Shown: positions 51,720-61,379 of the stretch, in pieces
Layout: the number at the start of each line of letters is the position of its first letter
Numbering within the stretch: the first letter of the stretch is position 1
Source: Hyphomicrobium aestuarii
GTDB taxonomy: Bacteria > Pseudomonadota > Alphaproteobacteria > Rhizobiales > Hyphomicrobiaceae
Assembly (NCBI GenBank): GCA_034408685.1
Contig: JAWXCP010000039.1
Location: 534 to 64,533, forward strand
Length of the DNA: 64,000 nt
Direction: 5' to 3'
The notes under the pieces: model-generated
The model's input: the letters and a program-made list of their open reading frames with translations, nothing else
Told to the model about the DNA's origin: nothing
Databases searched by the model: none
Translations under genes and position numbers: made by a program

Positions 51720-52072
51720 GTCGTTGTGCACGGCACAAGAGATTGATTACCGGTGTTCAAAGACTGCATCGCAATCGTCAACAAACGGTTTAGAAAGATA
51801 AAATTATCCACATAATACAGATGAGTAACAGCCTAGAGCGCAGGCCGGATGTTAACAGCATGCGCGGCTTTCTACCGAGCAGGGCAGATGAGTAGGTGCC
51901 TCAAGTTCGGGCGCCGGAGCGTGGCTGTTGCCTCGGTAATCGGCGAGGCGCGGCACTATGCGGCGCGCGGTCAGGCCAGCTGCCGACTAAGGGTGCCAGC
52001 GAGCTGAAATTGCGCGGCGCCTGGAACAGCAAGCGCCCGCCTCCAGCACCCATCCAAGCCAGCGAGGCCCGT

Positions 52073-52966
52073 ATGCCGCCGTCAGACCGTCCCGCCTTTG
52101 CAGCCCCGCCGGTCGTGACCAGTGCCGGGGCATTGCTGTCCCGTTATGAGGCGATTTTCTGCGACGTGTGGGGCGTGGTCCACGACGGCGTTAATGCCTA
52201 CCCCTTGGCATGCGAGGCGTTGGTCAGGTTCCGCGCTGGCGGCGGGACCGTGATCCTGGTGTCCAACGCGCCGGTGCCCAAGGGCGACGTCGCGCGGATG
52301 CTCGTCAGCCGGAATGTCCCGCGTGACGCTTACGATGACATCGTATCGTCCGGCGATATCGCGCTCGGCCATGTCGCGGAGCACGGCTACCAGGCTCTCC
52401 ACTGTGTCGGCCCGGCGGATCGCGATAGCGCCCTGTTTGCCGCCGTTGCCGACCGCATCGCACCCTCGTTCAACGATGCCGATGCCATCCTGTGCTCAGG
52501 GCTCATCGACGACGTCAACGACACGGTCGACAGCTACCGGCCGCTGCTGCAACGCGCGCTGGCGCGGTCTTTGCCGTTCGTATGCGCGAACCCCGATCTG
52601 GTGGTCGATGTCGGCGGGCGGCTTTATCTGTGCGCTGGGGCCATTGCGGAGGTCTACGAGGCGATGGGTGGACCGGTGTTTTGGGCTGGCAAGCCGCATC
52701 CGTCTGCTTACGGCGCGGCGCTGGTCGCCGTGGAACGGTCGTGTGGCCAAAAGCCTTCAAAAGACCGCATTCTCGGCATCGGCGACGCCGTTCGCACCGA
52801 TCTCAAATCGGCCGAGGGCATGGGCATCGACGCTATTTTCATTGCCTCGGGCATCCACCGCCACGAGGTCATGGACGCAGACGTGATCGCACCGGGCAAG
52901 CTTGCGAGCCTGTTCGCGGCCCATCCCGTCCCGGCAGTGGCGGCGATGCCGGTCCTGGCTTGGTAA
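52073..52966 (+). CDS. HAD-superfamily class IIA hydrolase (TIGR01459-like)
   Basis: 'IFCDVWGVVHDG' (DxxGV motif I), 'VILVSNAP', 'AGKPH', 'ILGIGDAVRTDLKSAEGMGIDAIFIASG'. Confidence 0.8.
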   Translation: MPPSDRPAFAAPPVVTSAGALLSRYEAIFCDVWGVVHDGVNAYPLACEALVRFRAGGGTVILVSNAPVPKGDVARMLVSRNVPRDAYDDIVSSGDIALGHVAEHGYQALHCVGPADRDSALFAAVADRIAPSFNDADAILCSGLIDDVNDTVDSYRPLLQRALARSLPFVCANPDLVVDVGGRLYLCAGAIAEVYEAMGGPVFWAGKPHPSAYGAALVAVERSCGQKPSKDRILGIGDAVRTDLKSAEGMGIDAIFIASGIHRHEVMDADVIAPGKLASLFAAHPVPAVAAMPVLAW

Positions 52967-53145
52967 CCCGCACGTCGGTACGCCGATCGCCGAAAGCTGC
53001 TGACCATAGAGGAGACCATGGCGGTTGACGAAGGACGCAGGAGAAGTACGCAGGACTCGGTGCGCGCCTATCCACCTTGTCATTTGACTTCCGTGCCACC
53101 GCCACCAACATCAGCGCAATTCAGCTGCAACGAAACCGGAACTCT

Positions 53146-54624
53146 ATGCCAATGGCCCGACACTCTCCTGGCGGCGCACGCGTTCGCCCCGCCGTTGTAG
53201 CCCTCGCCTCGTTAACCCTGCTCGTGACCCTCATGCTTGCCCTGACACAAACGCTCGCCGCCAAGCCCGCCTCGAAGGCGACCGAGTTCAAGCTCGACAA
53301 CGGTTTGCAAGTCGTCGTGATCCCCGATTCGCGGGCTCCGGTCGTGACGCACATGGTCTGGTACCGGGTTGGTGCAGCCGACGAGCCGCACGGCGTCTCC
53401 GGTATCGCGCACTTTCTCGAACACTTGATGTTCAAGTCGACCGACAAAATCCCGATGGGGGAATTCTCGAAGATCGTGTCGCGCCTCGGCGGGCAGGACA
53501 ACGCGTTCACCGGCCATGATGCCACGGCCTACTTCCAGCGCATTGCGAAGGACCGCCTCGCGACCGTTATGGGGATGGAGGCGGACCGCATGGTCAACCT
53601 CAAGCTCACCGAAAAAGAGGTGCTGACCGAACGCGACGTCATCCTCGAGGAACGTCGCTCTCGCGTCGAGAATAGCCCGAGTGCGATTCTCCAGGAGCAG
53701 ATGGGAGCGGCGCTCTACATGTCGCATCCCTACCAGATCCCCGTTATCGGTTGGGAACATGAGATCGCCAAATTGTCGCCGTCGGACGCAATGTCGTTCT
53801 ACAAGCGGTATTATGCGCCAAACAACGCGATCCTCGTGGTGGCAGGCGACGTCACGGTCGACGAGGTGAAGCGTCTCGCCGAGTCGACCTACGGTAAGAT
53901 CCCGTCGAATCCGGCGGTCGGATCGCCGCGCCAGCGGGCGATGGAGCCGCCGCACCGTTCCCCTCGCCGTCTGACGCTCGAGGATGCCCGGGCCGGTAAG
54001 CCGTCCGTGTCCCGGTCGTATAAGGCGCCGTCGTATGTCACCGCTAAGGCGGGTGAAGGCGAGGCATTGGATCTTTTGATGAAGATCCTCGGTGAGGGCT
54101 CGACCAGCCGTCTCTATCGCGCGCTCGTCGTCGACCAGAAAGTCGCATCCAGCGCCGGTGGTTACTATTCCGGCGGCGGCCTCGACTATGGATCGCTCGG
54201 ACTTTACGCGGTCGCCGCCGACGGAAAGTCGATTGCCGAAACCGAAGCTGCCATCGACGCGGTGATTGCCGAAGTCAAAGAGACGGGCGTCACCGAAGCC
54301 GAACTCGCGCGGGCCAAGAATATCATGGTCGCGGCTTATATCTATGAGAGCGACAACCAATCGACATTGGCGCGCCGTTACGGTTGGAATCTCGTCGTCG
54401 GTCGGACCCTCGCCGACGTCGACGCTTGGCCGGATCGGATCGCGCAAGTGACGGCCGCTGATGTCAAGGCGGCAGCTCAGGCTCACCTCGAGGTCCGCAA
54501 TTCCGTCACCGGCTACCTCCTGCTGCCGGCTGCGGCCGGACCACGCGCTGAGGCCGGGCCAGTCGCTGCGACGTCGGGCAAGCCGACGGCGGGGTCGGCT
54601 GCACCTGCGGCTGTAGCCCGTTGA
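53146..54624 (+). CDS. M16-family zinc peptidase (active subunit)
   Basis: Signal peptide. 'GIAHFLEHLMFKST' (HxxEH zinc motif) and downstream 'ERDVILEERR'. Confidence 0.85.
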   Translation: MPMARHSPGGARVRPAVVALASLTLLVTLMLALTQTLAAKPASKATEFKLDNGLQVVVIPDSRAPVVTHMVWYRVGAADEPHGVSGIAHFLEHLMFKSTDKIPMGEFSKIVSRLGGQDNAFTGHDATAYFQRIAKDRLATVMGMEADRMVNLKLTEKEVLTERDVILEERRSRVENSPSAILQEQMGAALYMSHPYQIPVIGWEHEIAKLSPSDAMSFYKRYYAPNNAILVVAGDVTVDEVKRLAESTYGKIPSNPAVGSPRQRAMEPPHRSPRRLTLEDARAGKPSVSRSYKAPSYVTAKAGEGEALDLLMKILGEGSTSRLYRALVVDQKVASSAGGYYSGGGLDYGSLGLYAVAADGKSIAETEAAIDAVIAEVKETGVTEAELARAKNIMVAAYIYESDNQSTLARRYGWNLVVGRTLADVDAWPDRIAQVTAADVKAAAQAHLEVRNSVTGYLLLPAAAGPRAEAGPVAATSGKPTAGSAAPAAVAR

Positions 54625-54636
54625 GGATATCGAACC

Positions 54637-56127
54637 ATGGCCGCTAACCTGATAGGTTCCACCATTACCCAGATCCAATATGCTGCCCGGACTTTCTTTG
54701 CCCGCGCCGCGACCCTAGCTTTCGCCGCTTTGACCCTCACAACGAGCCATGCCGCCGCCATGAAGATCGAGACCGTGAAGACCCCTGGTGGCATTGAAGC
54801 TTGGCTGGTGACGGAACGGTCCGTGCCAATGATGGCGCTGAAGTTTGCCTTTGCCGGCGGCAGCGTTCAAGATCCGGTCGGCAAGGAAGGCGTTGCCAAC
54901 TTCATGTCGGCGATGCTCGACGAAGGTGCTGGCGATCTGACTTCGGCACAATTCCAGGAGCGCATGGAAGAACTCGCCATGCGAATGAGCTTCGAGGACG
55001 ACAAGGACACGTTTTACGGCAACTTCCAGACACTGACCGTCAACCGCGATAAGGCCCGCGATCTGCTCAAACTTGCCGTGACGAAGCCGCGCTTCGACAC
55101 CGACGCTGCCGACCGGATTCGAAACCAATTGCTTGCGTCTCTGGTCTATTCTGCGCGTGATCCAGAAAAGGTTGCCGGCCGGGAATGGTTTGCCCATGCG
55201 TTTGCTGGCCACCCTTACGCACGTCCCTCGGAGGGCACCAAAGAAAGCCTGACGGCGATCGGTCGCGACGACCTCGAAGCCTATCGCCGCCGAATATTTG
55301 CCAAGAGCAATCTAAAGGTCGTGGCCGTTGGCGACATCGACGCCAACGAATTGGCGGCGTTGCTCGACGCCGTGTTCGGCGACCTGCCAGCCAAGGCCGA
55401 CCTGATCGACGTGCCCAAAACCGCGCCGAAAGGTGCGATCCAAAAGGTCGTCGAAATGAACGTGCCGCAGTCTGTTGCGTTCTTTGGATTGCCGGCCATG
55501 GCGCGGAAAGACCCAGACTTCATGCCGGCGTTCGTCATGAACCAGATCCTGGGCGGCGGCGGTTTTGCCTCGCGGTTAATGGAAGAGGTGCGCGAGAAAC
55601 GCGGTCTTGCGTATTCGGTCTATAGCTACATTCAGCCGTATCAAAACGCCTCAGTCTTTGCCGGTGGCGTTGCCACCAAGAACGAGGAAATGGGCCGGTC
55701 ACTCGACGTGATTAGATCCGAGTTGAAGCGGATGGCGGACAATGGGCCAACCGAAACGGAACTGGCGAACGCCAAGAATTACCTGACCGGTTCCTATGCG
55801 CTGCGGTTCGACACCAATGCCAAAATTTCGTCGCAGCTTCTCGGACTGCTCGTCGAGGGTTTCGACAAGGACTACATATTGACCCGGAACGCGCAGATCG
55901 ACGCGATCACCATGGCCGACATCAAACGGGTAGCGGCCAAGTTATTGCGCAGCGACGAACTCATCGTGACGATAGTCGGCAAGCCGATGATGCCATCGGC
56001 CGATGGTGTTCCAGGCGCTGCCGCTACGCCGATGCCAACGGGCGTCACCCAGCCCCCGACCCAGCCCAAGAGCCAGTCTGGTAGCCAGCCAGCCGCGACG
56101 CAGTCGGGAGCCGCGCCGCGCGGGTGA
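54637..56127 (+). CDS. M16-family peptidase homologue lacking the HxxEH motif (probable non-catalytic partner)
   Basis: Signal peptide. M16-like fold sequence with 'GVANFMSAMLDEGAG' in place of HxxEH. GAGGA RBS. Adjacent to the active subunit. Confidence 0.85.
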   Translation: MAANLIGSTITQIQYAARTFFARAATLAFAALTLTTSHAAAMKIETVKTPGGIEAWLVTERSVPMMALKFAFAGGSVQDPVGKEGVANFMSAMLDEGAGDLTSAQFQERMEELAMRMSFEDDKDTFYGNFQTLTVNRDKARDLLKLAVTKPRFDTDAADRIRNQLLASLVYSARDPEKVAGREWFAHAFAGHPYARPSEGTKESLTAIGRDDLEAYRRRIFAKSNLKVVAVGDIDANELAALLDAVFGDLPAKADLIDVPKTAPKGAIQKVVEMNVPQSVAFFGLPAMARKDPDFMPAFVMNQILGGGGFASRLMEEVREKRGLAYSVYSYIQPYQNASVFAGGVATKNEEMGRSLDVIRSELKRMADNGPTETELANAKNYLTGSYALRFDTNAKISSQLLGLLVEGFDKDYILTRNAQIDAITMADIKRVAAKLLRSDELIVTIVGKPMMPSADGVPGAAATPMPTGVTQPPTQPKSQSGSQPAATQSGAAPRG

Positions 56128-56204
56128 GGCGCATGCACGAATAAGCCCCGATCTTGGCAGACGCACGCATGGCGGACGGCGCTCGGTATTTGGATGCTGA
56201 CGGT

Positions 56205-56420
56205 ATGGAAACCGCGACGGCCATCACACTGAACGTCAACGGCGACTCGATGCGGGTTACCGTACAAACCCTCGCCGAACTCGTGGCCGAACTCGGCCAC
56301 GGGGCAGCTACCATCGCCACGGCCGTCAATGGGACATTCATCCCGGCGGCCGGTCGCGCGACAGCAGCGCTATCAGACGGCGACCGGGTCGAAATCGTCA
56401 GCCCGCGGCAGGGCGGTTGA
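56205..56420 (+). CDS. thiS: ThiS-like sulfur-carrier protein
   Basis: 71 aa, 'ITLNVNGDSMRV...LAELVAELG.....IATAVNGTFIP......ALSDGDRVEIVSPRQGG', with a beta-grasp pattern and a C-terminal GG. Confidence 0.75.
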   Translation: METATAITLNVNGDSMRVTVQTLAELVAELGHGAATIATAVNGTFIPAAGRATAALSDGDRVEIVSPRQGG

Positions 56421-56842
56421 TCGCCGGTTGTGGCGCTCTGATATGGCGACGGCTTTGATCGCACCATCACCATCATTACCGTTTCCCATCCGAAAGCTTT
56501 GTCGCGAACCGTCCGCGCGCGATCGGGCATAAACCAACCGATCACGTCGCCAATCACGCGGTGAACTAAATTCACGCTACTGCCGCAATCGCGGTTGAGA
56601 CTAAAGGTGGCATGCCTCCAGACGACATCGACATTTCTGTCCAATGGCCCCGTGCTCCTCTTCATATGAGCCAACGATTGGAAAATGTTGGATGATTTGG
56701 AATGGATTAAGCATGATGTGATAGACCAACGACATTTCAATCGCTCAGGCGCTGTCGGCGTCAAGCCCGCGACTGCTCGTCCGCCAAGGTCTGTTGTAAC
56801 AGATCGTGTCGAGCTCGGGTCCAACCAGAAAAGACCGCCACG

Positions 56843-59800
56843 ATGTTCGAACTGCTCGGTTCTAAGCGCTTTGCCCCGCTGTTCTGGTGCCAGTTTTTCG
56901 CCGCGCTCAACGACAACTTCGTCAAGACCGCGCTGTCGCTGCTCATTTTGTATCGGCTCGGTCAAGAAACGGGGCAGGTGCTTGTCACGCTGGCTGGCGT
57001 CGCGCTGATCGCACCGTTCTTTATTCTGTCCGCGATGGGCGGCGAGATCGCCGATAAATTCGATAAGGGTGTCGTCGCCGAGCGGCTGAAGTTTTATGAA
57101 ATCGGCGTTGCCGCGATGGCTGCAGCCGGATTTTATTTCGAGTCGATCCCCGTGCTGTTTCTGGCCCTGGCTGGCCTCGGCGTTCTCGCCGCCCTGTTTG
57201 GACCGATAAAATACGGCGTGCTCCCCGCCCATCTGTCGACGCAGGAACTGTCGCCTGGAAACGCACTGGTTGAGGGCGCGACATTTCTCGCCATCTTGCT
57301 CGGCACAATCGCTGGCGGGTTGATCCTGACTGGCGGGGCCGAGCCCCAGGTCAATCAGGCTCTGGTTCCGATAATCGCTGCCGTAATTCTGGCGCTGGCG
57401 ACAGCATCGTGGATGGCGGCGCGTTTGATCCCCCGAACCGGCGCCGCAGACCCGAACATTACCGTCAACCGAAATCCATGGGCTTCGACCATTCAACTGA
57501 TCGGCGAGTTGCGCAGCGACCGCCGTTTGATGGAAGGCGCGGTCATCAGCGGGTGGTTCTGGCTCGTCGGCGCGGTGATGCTGGCGCTGCTGCCAGCGAT
57601 TGTCATGGGCCGGCTTGGCGGAGCGCCGAGCGTCTATACAGCCGCTCTGCTGGTGTTCACGGTGTCGATTGCGGTCGGGTCGATCCTCGCGGCGATGTTG
57701 AGTTCGGCAAAGCCGAACCTTGCGCTGGTTCCGTTCGGCGCGGTGATCATGGCGACCGGCGCGCTTGGTCTTGCTGGCGTGACCAACGGAATGGTCAAGC
57801 CCGCGCTGGCGATCGATATTTCGGCCGTGCTGGCAAGCACCGCAGGCCTCGCCGTCATGGCGTGCCTCGCACTGTTGGCCGTCGGCGGTGGCCTGTTCAT
57901 CGTGCCAGCGTTTGCCGCCGTGCAGTCGTGGTCGCCAGAAGAGCGCCGCGCACGGGTGATCGCCGCTTGTAACGTCGTGTCGGCGGCGATGATGACGGCA
58001 GCCAGCCTCATCCTCGCCGCGCTGCAGGCCGCAGGCGTTCCGCTCTCGGTGTTCCTGGTCGCCATCGGCGCTGGTAGTCTCGCCGTGGCCTGGATCGTCT
58101 GGACATTGTGGCCGAAGGATATCTTGAAACAACTTGCGCAGGTTGTGTTCCAATTGCTTCGGCTCGAAGTGCGCGGGCTCGAGAATTTCCCGGCCCCCGG
58201 CACGCGCGCCATTATCGCGCCAAATCACGTGAGCTTGCTCGATGCGCCAATACTGTACGCAACCATGCCGGAGCATATGACATATGCCATCGACACCCAG
58301 ATGTCGCAGCAATGGTGGATCAAACCGTTTCTGCGGCACGTGAACTGGCAATCGATCGACCCGACGCGGCCGATGGGCATGCGCGGACTGATCGCTGCGG
58401 TGAAAGCCGGACAGCAGTTGGTCATCTTCCCCGAAGGTCGCCTGACGCGCACGGGCAGCTTGATGAAGGTATATGACGGCACGGCGCTGATCGCCGACAA
58501 GGCCGATGCCGTCGTGGTCCCGGTTCGCATCGAAGGCCCGGAGCGCGCCAAAGGCTGGAGCTATCTGCGGCCAACGCAGATCGCCAAGTCGTTGTTCCCC
58601 AAAACCATCCTGACAATTCTGCCGCCAGAAAAGCTGAACCTCGATCCAGCGTTGCGCGGCAAGACACGGCGGCTTGCAGCAGGTGTTGCGCTGCAGGAAA
58701 TCATGGCTGCTGCAGCGGTCAAAACGGCGCCGGTCGACCGTACGCTGTTTAGCGCCCTGGTTGCAGCAGGGCAGCTCTATGATACCGGCCAGCCGATCGT
58801 CGAAGACCCGCTTGGCACCAAGCTGACGTACCGCCAGCTGGTGCGCGGCTCGCAGGCTCTTGGTGCCAAACTCATGCCGCTGACCAAGGCTGGCGAGGCG
58901 GTCGGCGTCCTGCTGCCGAACTCGGCGGGGGCTGCTGTCACGTTTTACGCGCTTCAGGCAACGGGCCGCGTTCCAGCAATGCTGAACTTTACCGCAGGCG
59001 CAAAGAATGTTCTTGCCGCATGCCATGCCGCCGGCGTCGTAACCGTGCTGACGTCGCGCGTTTTCGTCGAGAAAGGTCGCCTCGGAGACCTCGTCGCAGC
59101 GCTGGCCGAGAAGACCCAGATTGTCTATCTCGACGACCTCAAGGCCGACATCAACTTGAGCGACAAAGTCACGGCTGTGCTCCAGGGCCGCCATCCGCAG
59201 GTCACCCGCAACCCCGATGATGCGGCGGCGATCCTGTTCACCTCGGGTTCTGAGGGTCTGCCGAAAGGCGTGGTTCTGTCCCACCGCAACATCCTGTCGA
59301 ACGCCTACCAATCGCTCGCCCGCGTCGACGTCAGCGCCGAGGATAAAGTGTTCAACGCGCTGCCGATGTTCCATTCGTTCGGGCTGACAGCAGGCTTCAT
59401 CATGGGCCCGCTCAAAGGCGTGCCGGTCCATTTGTATCCAACGCCGCTGCACTACCGGATCGTGCCGGAACTCGCCTATCAGACCAACGCAACGATCCTG
59501 TTTGGTACCGACACGTTCCTTAACGGCTATGCGCGCGCGGCGCACCCGTACGACTTCGCCCGCGTCCGCTACGTGCTGGCCGGTGCCGAGCCGGTACGCG
59601 AACGGACCCGCGCAGTGTATATGGAAAAGTTCGGCATCCGCATTCTCGAAGGCTATGGCGTGACCGAGTGCGCGCCGGTGCTGGCGCTCAACACGCCGTT
59701 CGCCAACAAGCTCGGCACGGTAGGTAAGCCGGTGCCGTTGCTTGAAACGCGCATCGATCCGGTCCCTGGCGTGAGCGACGGCGGGCGTCTCCACGTGCGC

Positions 59801-60289
59801 GGGCCAAATGTGATGCTTGGGTACTATCGCCATGAGGCGCCGCGGGTGTTGGAGCGTCCCCTCGACGGGTGGCACGATACTGGCGACATCGTCATAATCG
59901 ACGCCAATGGCTTCATCACGATCAAGGGCCGCGCCAAGCGCTTCGCCAAGGTTGGCGGCGAGATGGTGTCGCTGGCCGCCGTAGAAGCACTCGCAGCCGA
60001 CCTGTGGCCATCGACGATCAGCGTCGTCGTAGCGGAGCCCGATGCGAAAAAGGGCGAACGGCTGGTGCTCGTCACGGCTGATGGCAAGGCGACGCGCGCG
60101 GCATTCCAGCAGTTCGCCAAAGCCAAGGGAGCGAGCGATTTGATGGTCCCGGCCGAAGTTCTGGTCGTGCCGGCCGTGCCCCTGCTCGGCTCGGGCAAAC
60201 CGGATTTTGTCGGCACCGCAAAGCTTCTCGCCGAGCGCCGTGCCCGAGGGGAAGCGCCGGACATCTCGCCGAGCCTCGCCGCCGAGTGA
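56843..60289 (+). CDS. aas: Tri-functional fusion: MFS lysophospholipid transporter (LplT-like), PlsC-type acyltransferase, acyl-ACP synthetase (Aas)
   Basis: The N-terminal ~400 aa are a 12-TM MFS ('FAPLFWCQFFAALNDNFVKTAL'). Acyltransferase 'IIAPNHVSLLDAP' (HxxxxD) and 'VIFPEGRLTRTG'. Adenylation domain 'ILFTSGSEGLPKGVVLSH', 'GYGVTECAP', 'WHDTGDIV', 'RFAKVGGEMVS'. Confidence 0.9.
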   Translation: MFELLGSKRFAPLFWCQFFAALNDNFVKTALSLLILYRLGQETGQVLVTLAGVALIAPFFILSAMGGEIADKFDKGVVAERLKFYEIGVAAMAAAGFYFESIPVLFLALAGLGVLAALFGPIKYGVLPAHLSTQELSPGNALVEGATFLAILLGTIAGGLILTGGAEPQVNQALVPIIAAVILALATASWMAARLIPRTGAADPNITVNRNPWASTIQLIGELRSDRRLMEGAVISGWFWLVGAVMLALLPAIVMGRLGGAPSVYTAALLVFTVSIAVGSILAAMLSSAKPNLALVPFGAVIMATGALGLAGVTNGMVKPALAIDISAVLASTAGLAVMACLALLAVGGGLFIVPAFAAVQSWSPEERRARVIAACNVVSAAMMTAASLILAALQAAGVPLSVFLVAIGAGSLAVAWIVWTLWPKDILKQLAQVVFQLLRLEVRGLENFPAPGTRAIIAPNHVSLLDAPILYATMPEHMTYAIDTQMSQQWWIKPFLRHVNWQSIDPTRPMGMRGLIAAVKAGQQLVIFPEGRLTRTGSLMKVYDGTALIADKADAVVVPVRIEGPERAKGWSYLRPTQIAKSLFPKTILTILPPEKLNLDPALRGKTRRLAAGVALQEIMAAAAVKTAPVDRTLFSALVAAGQLYDTGQPIVEDPLGTKLTYRQLVRGSQALGAKLMPLTKAGEAVGVLLPNSAGAAVTFYALQATGRVPAMLNFTAGAKNVLAACHAAGVVTVLTSRVFVEKGRLGDLVAALAEKTQIVYLDDLKADINLSDKVTAVLQGRHPQVTRNPDDAAAILFTSGSEGLPKGVVLSHRNILSNAYQSLARVDVSAEDKVFNALPMFHSFGLTAGFIMGPLKGVPVHLYPTPLHYRIVPELAYQTNATILFGTDTFLNGYARAAHPYDFARVRYVLAGAEPVRERTRAVYMEKFGIRILEGYGVTECAPVLALNTPFANKLGTVGKPVPLLETRIDPVPGVSDGGRLHVRGPNVMLGYYRHEAPRVLERPLDGWHDTGDIVIIDANGFITIKGRAKRFAKVGGEMVSLAAVEALAADLWPSTISVVVAEPDAKKGERLVLVTADGKATRAAFQQFAKAKGASDLMVPAEVLVVPAVPLLGSGKPDFVGTAKLLAERRARGEAPDISPSLAAE

Positions 60290-60324
60290 GACCGCCGCTG
60301 GCCGGAAGATCGTGGCGCCAGCGA

Positions 60325-61368
60325 TCACAGGTGACCCTCCACCAGCGGCTCTGCCTCGGCGCCATCCAACATCCGGGAAACGGAACGCGCCAAGATCGGA
60401 GCGAGCAGGAAGCCATGCCTGTAGGCGCCGTTAACGCGAATTGTTCGACGACGCTTGTCGACGAGCGCGCGGGGCACATTGTCGGGCAGCGACGGACGAA
60501 CGCCGGCTCCAAAGTCGATGATCGTGGCCTCTGCGAAGCCGGGATGGAGCGCGCACACAGCAGCCATTAGTTCAACGGCCGAGCGAACCGACATCGGTCC
60601 GGATTCATCGCTTTCGATGACAGTCGCGCCGACCATGTAGACGTGGCCGGGCCAGGGGACGATGTAAATTGGCGTCCGAGGGTCAAGATAGCGGACTGGC
60701 CGGGTGAATGTCACGCCATCAGCATGGAGCAGCAGCCGTTCGCCGCGTACCCCGCGTAGGGTCGGAATGTCGCGGCTGGCTGCGAGCCCCCGGCAATCGA
60801 TGGTCCAATCAGGAGCGGCGGCCCCGCTACGGCTGGTATCGTCCTGAGCCGTCTCGCTGTCCGCGTCGATGCCGAAGTCGAAGGTGGCCCCGGCTTCGCG
60901 CGCCGCTGCGAGAAGAGCGGTCAGGGCGTCCAAGGCAGCGACATGGGCCTCGGCGGCGAAGTGAAGCGCGGTTTCAAAGCGCCCGCCGAGATCGGGCTCC
61001 AGCGCTGCGACCGCGTCTCGGCCGAGCATGACGTGGCCTTCGGTCAGGCGCGCAAATCGCTTCAATTCGCCCGGTTCGCGGATCGAAGCGACGACGAGGC
61101 TGCCGCGCTGGCTGACCGGTACGGTGTCAGCCCAGATGTCATACGCTTGGCGGCCCAGGTCACGGACGATCGGTGGCGCGGCTTCGGCCTCGGTATCGGG
61201 CGCGATCATTGCGCCAGCATACCGGCTTGCAGAGGCGCGAAACGGGTCGGTTGCTGGCGAGCGCTCGATGACGCGCACGCGGTGACCGGCGCGCGCCAGA
61301 GTTACCGCTTGCCAAAGGCCGACAACGCCGGCGCCAACGATGGTAATAGTAAGCTTTGACGCTGTCAC
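60325..61368 (-). CDS. FAD-dependent oxidoreductase, ThiO (glycine oxidase)-like
   Basis: 'ITIVGAGVVGLWQAVTLARAGHRVRVIE' dinucleotide fold, 'LRGVRGERLLL', 'NGAYRHGFLLAP'. GTG start at 61368, only 11 nt after the dnaE2 stop. Confidence 0.65.
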   Translation of the reverse strand: MTASKLTITIVGAGVVGLWQAVTLARAGHRVRVIERSPATDPFRASASRYAGAMIAPDTEAEAAPPIVRDLGRQAYDIWADTVPVSQRGSLVVASIREPGELKRFARLTEGHVMLGRDAVAALEPDLGGRFETALHFAAEAHVAALDALTALLAAAREAGATFDFGIDADSETAQDDTSRSGAAAPDWTIDCRGLAASRDIPTLRGVRGERLLLHADGVTFTRPVRYLDPRTPIYIVPWPGHVYMVGATVIESDESGPMSVRSAVELMAAVCALHPGFAEATIIDFGAGVRPSLPDNVPRALVDKRRRTIRVNGAYRHGFLLAPILARSVSRMLDGAEAEPLVEGHL

Positions 61369-61379
61369 GGCCTGGTCTT

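Noticed and set aside
51732-52072. Replication origin suggested by the perfect DnaA box
   Set aside because: Only one box was found. No cluster, no DUE-like 13-mers and no typical origin-flanking genes are present.
56128-56204. TPP riboswitch upstream of thiS
   Set aside because: The interval is only ~77 nt and lacks the conserved CUGAGA / ACCUGAUCUGGAUAAUGCCAGCG-type elements.
56045-60328. A 1427-aa open reading frame on the minus strand spanning thiS, the intergenic region and the whole aas gene
   Set aside because: Its composition is extreme in Arg/Gly/His/Asp/Gln, with no motifs. It is exactly antisense to a gene with strong domain evidence. This is a typical stop-free shadow frame in GC-rich DNA.
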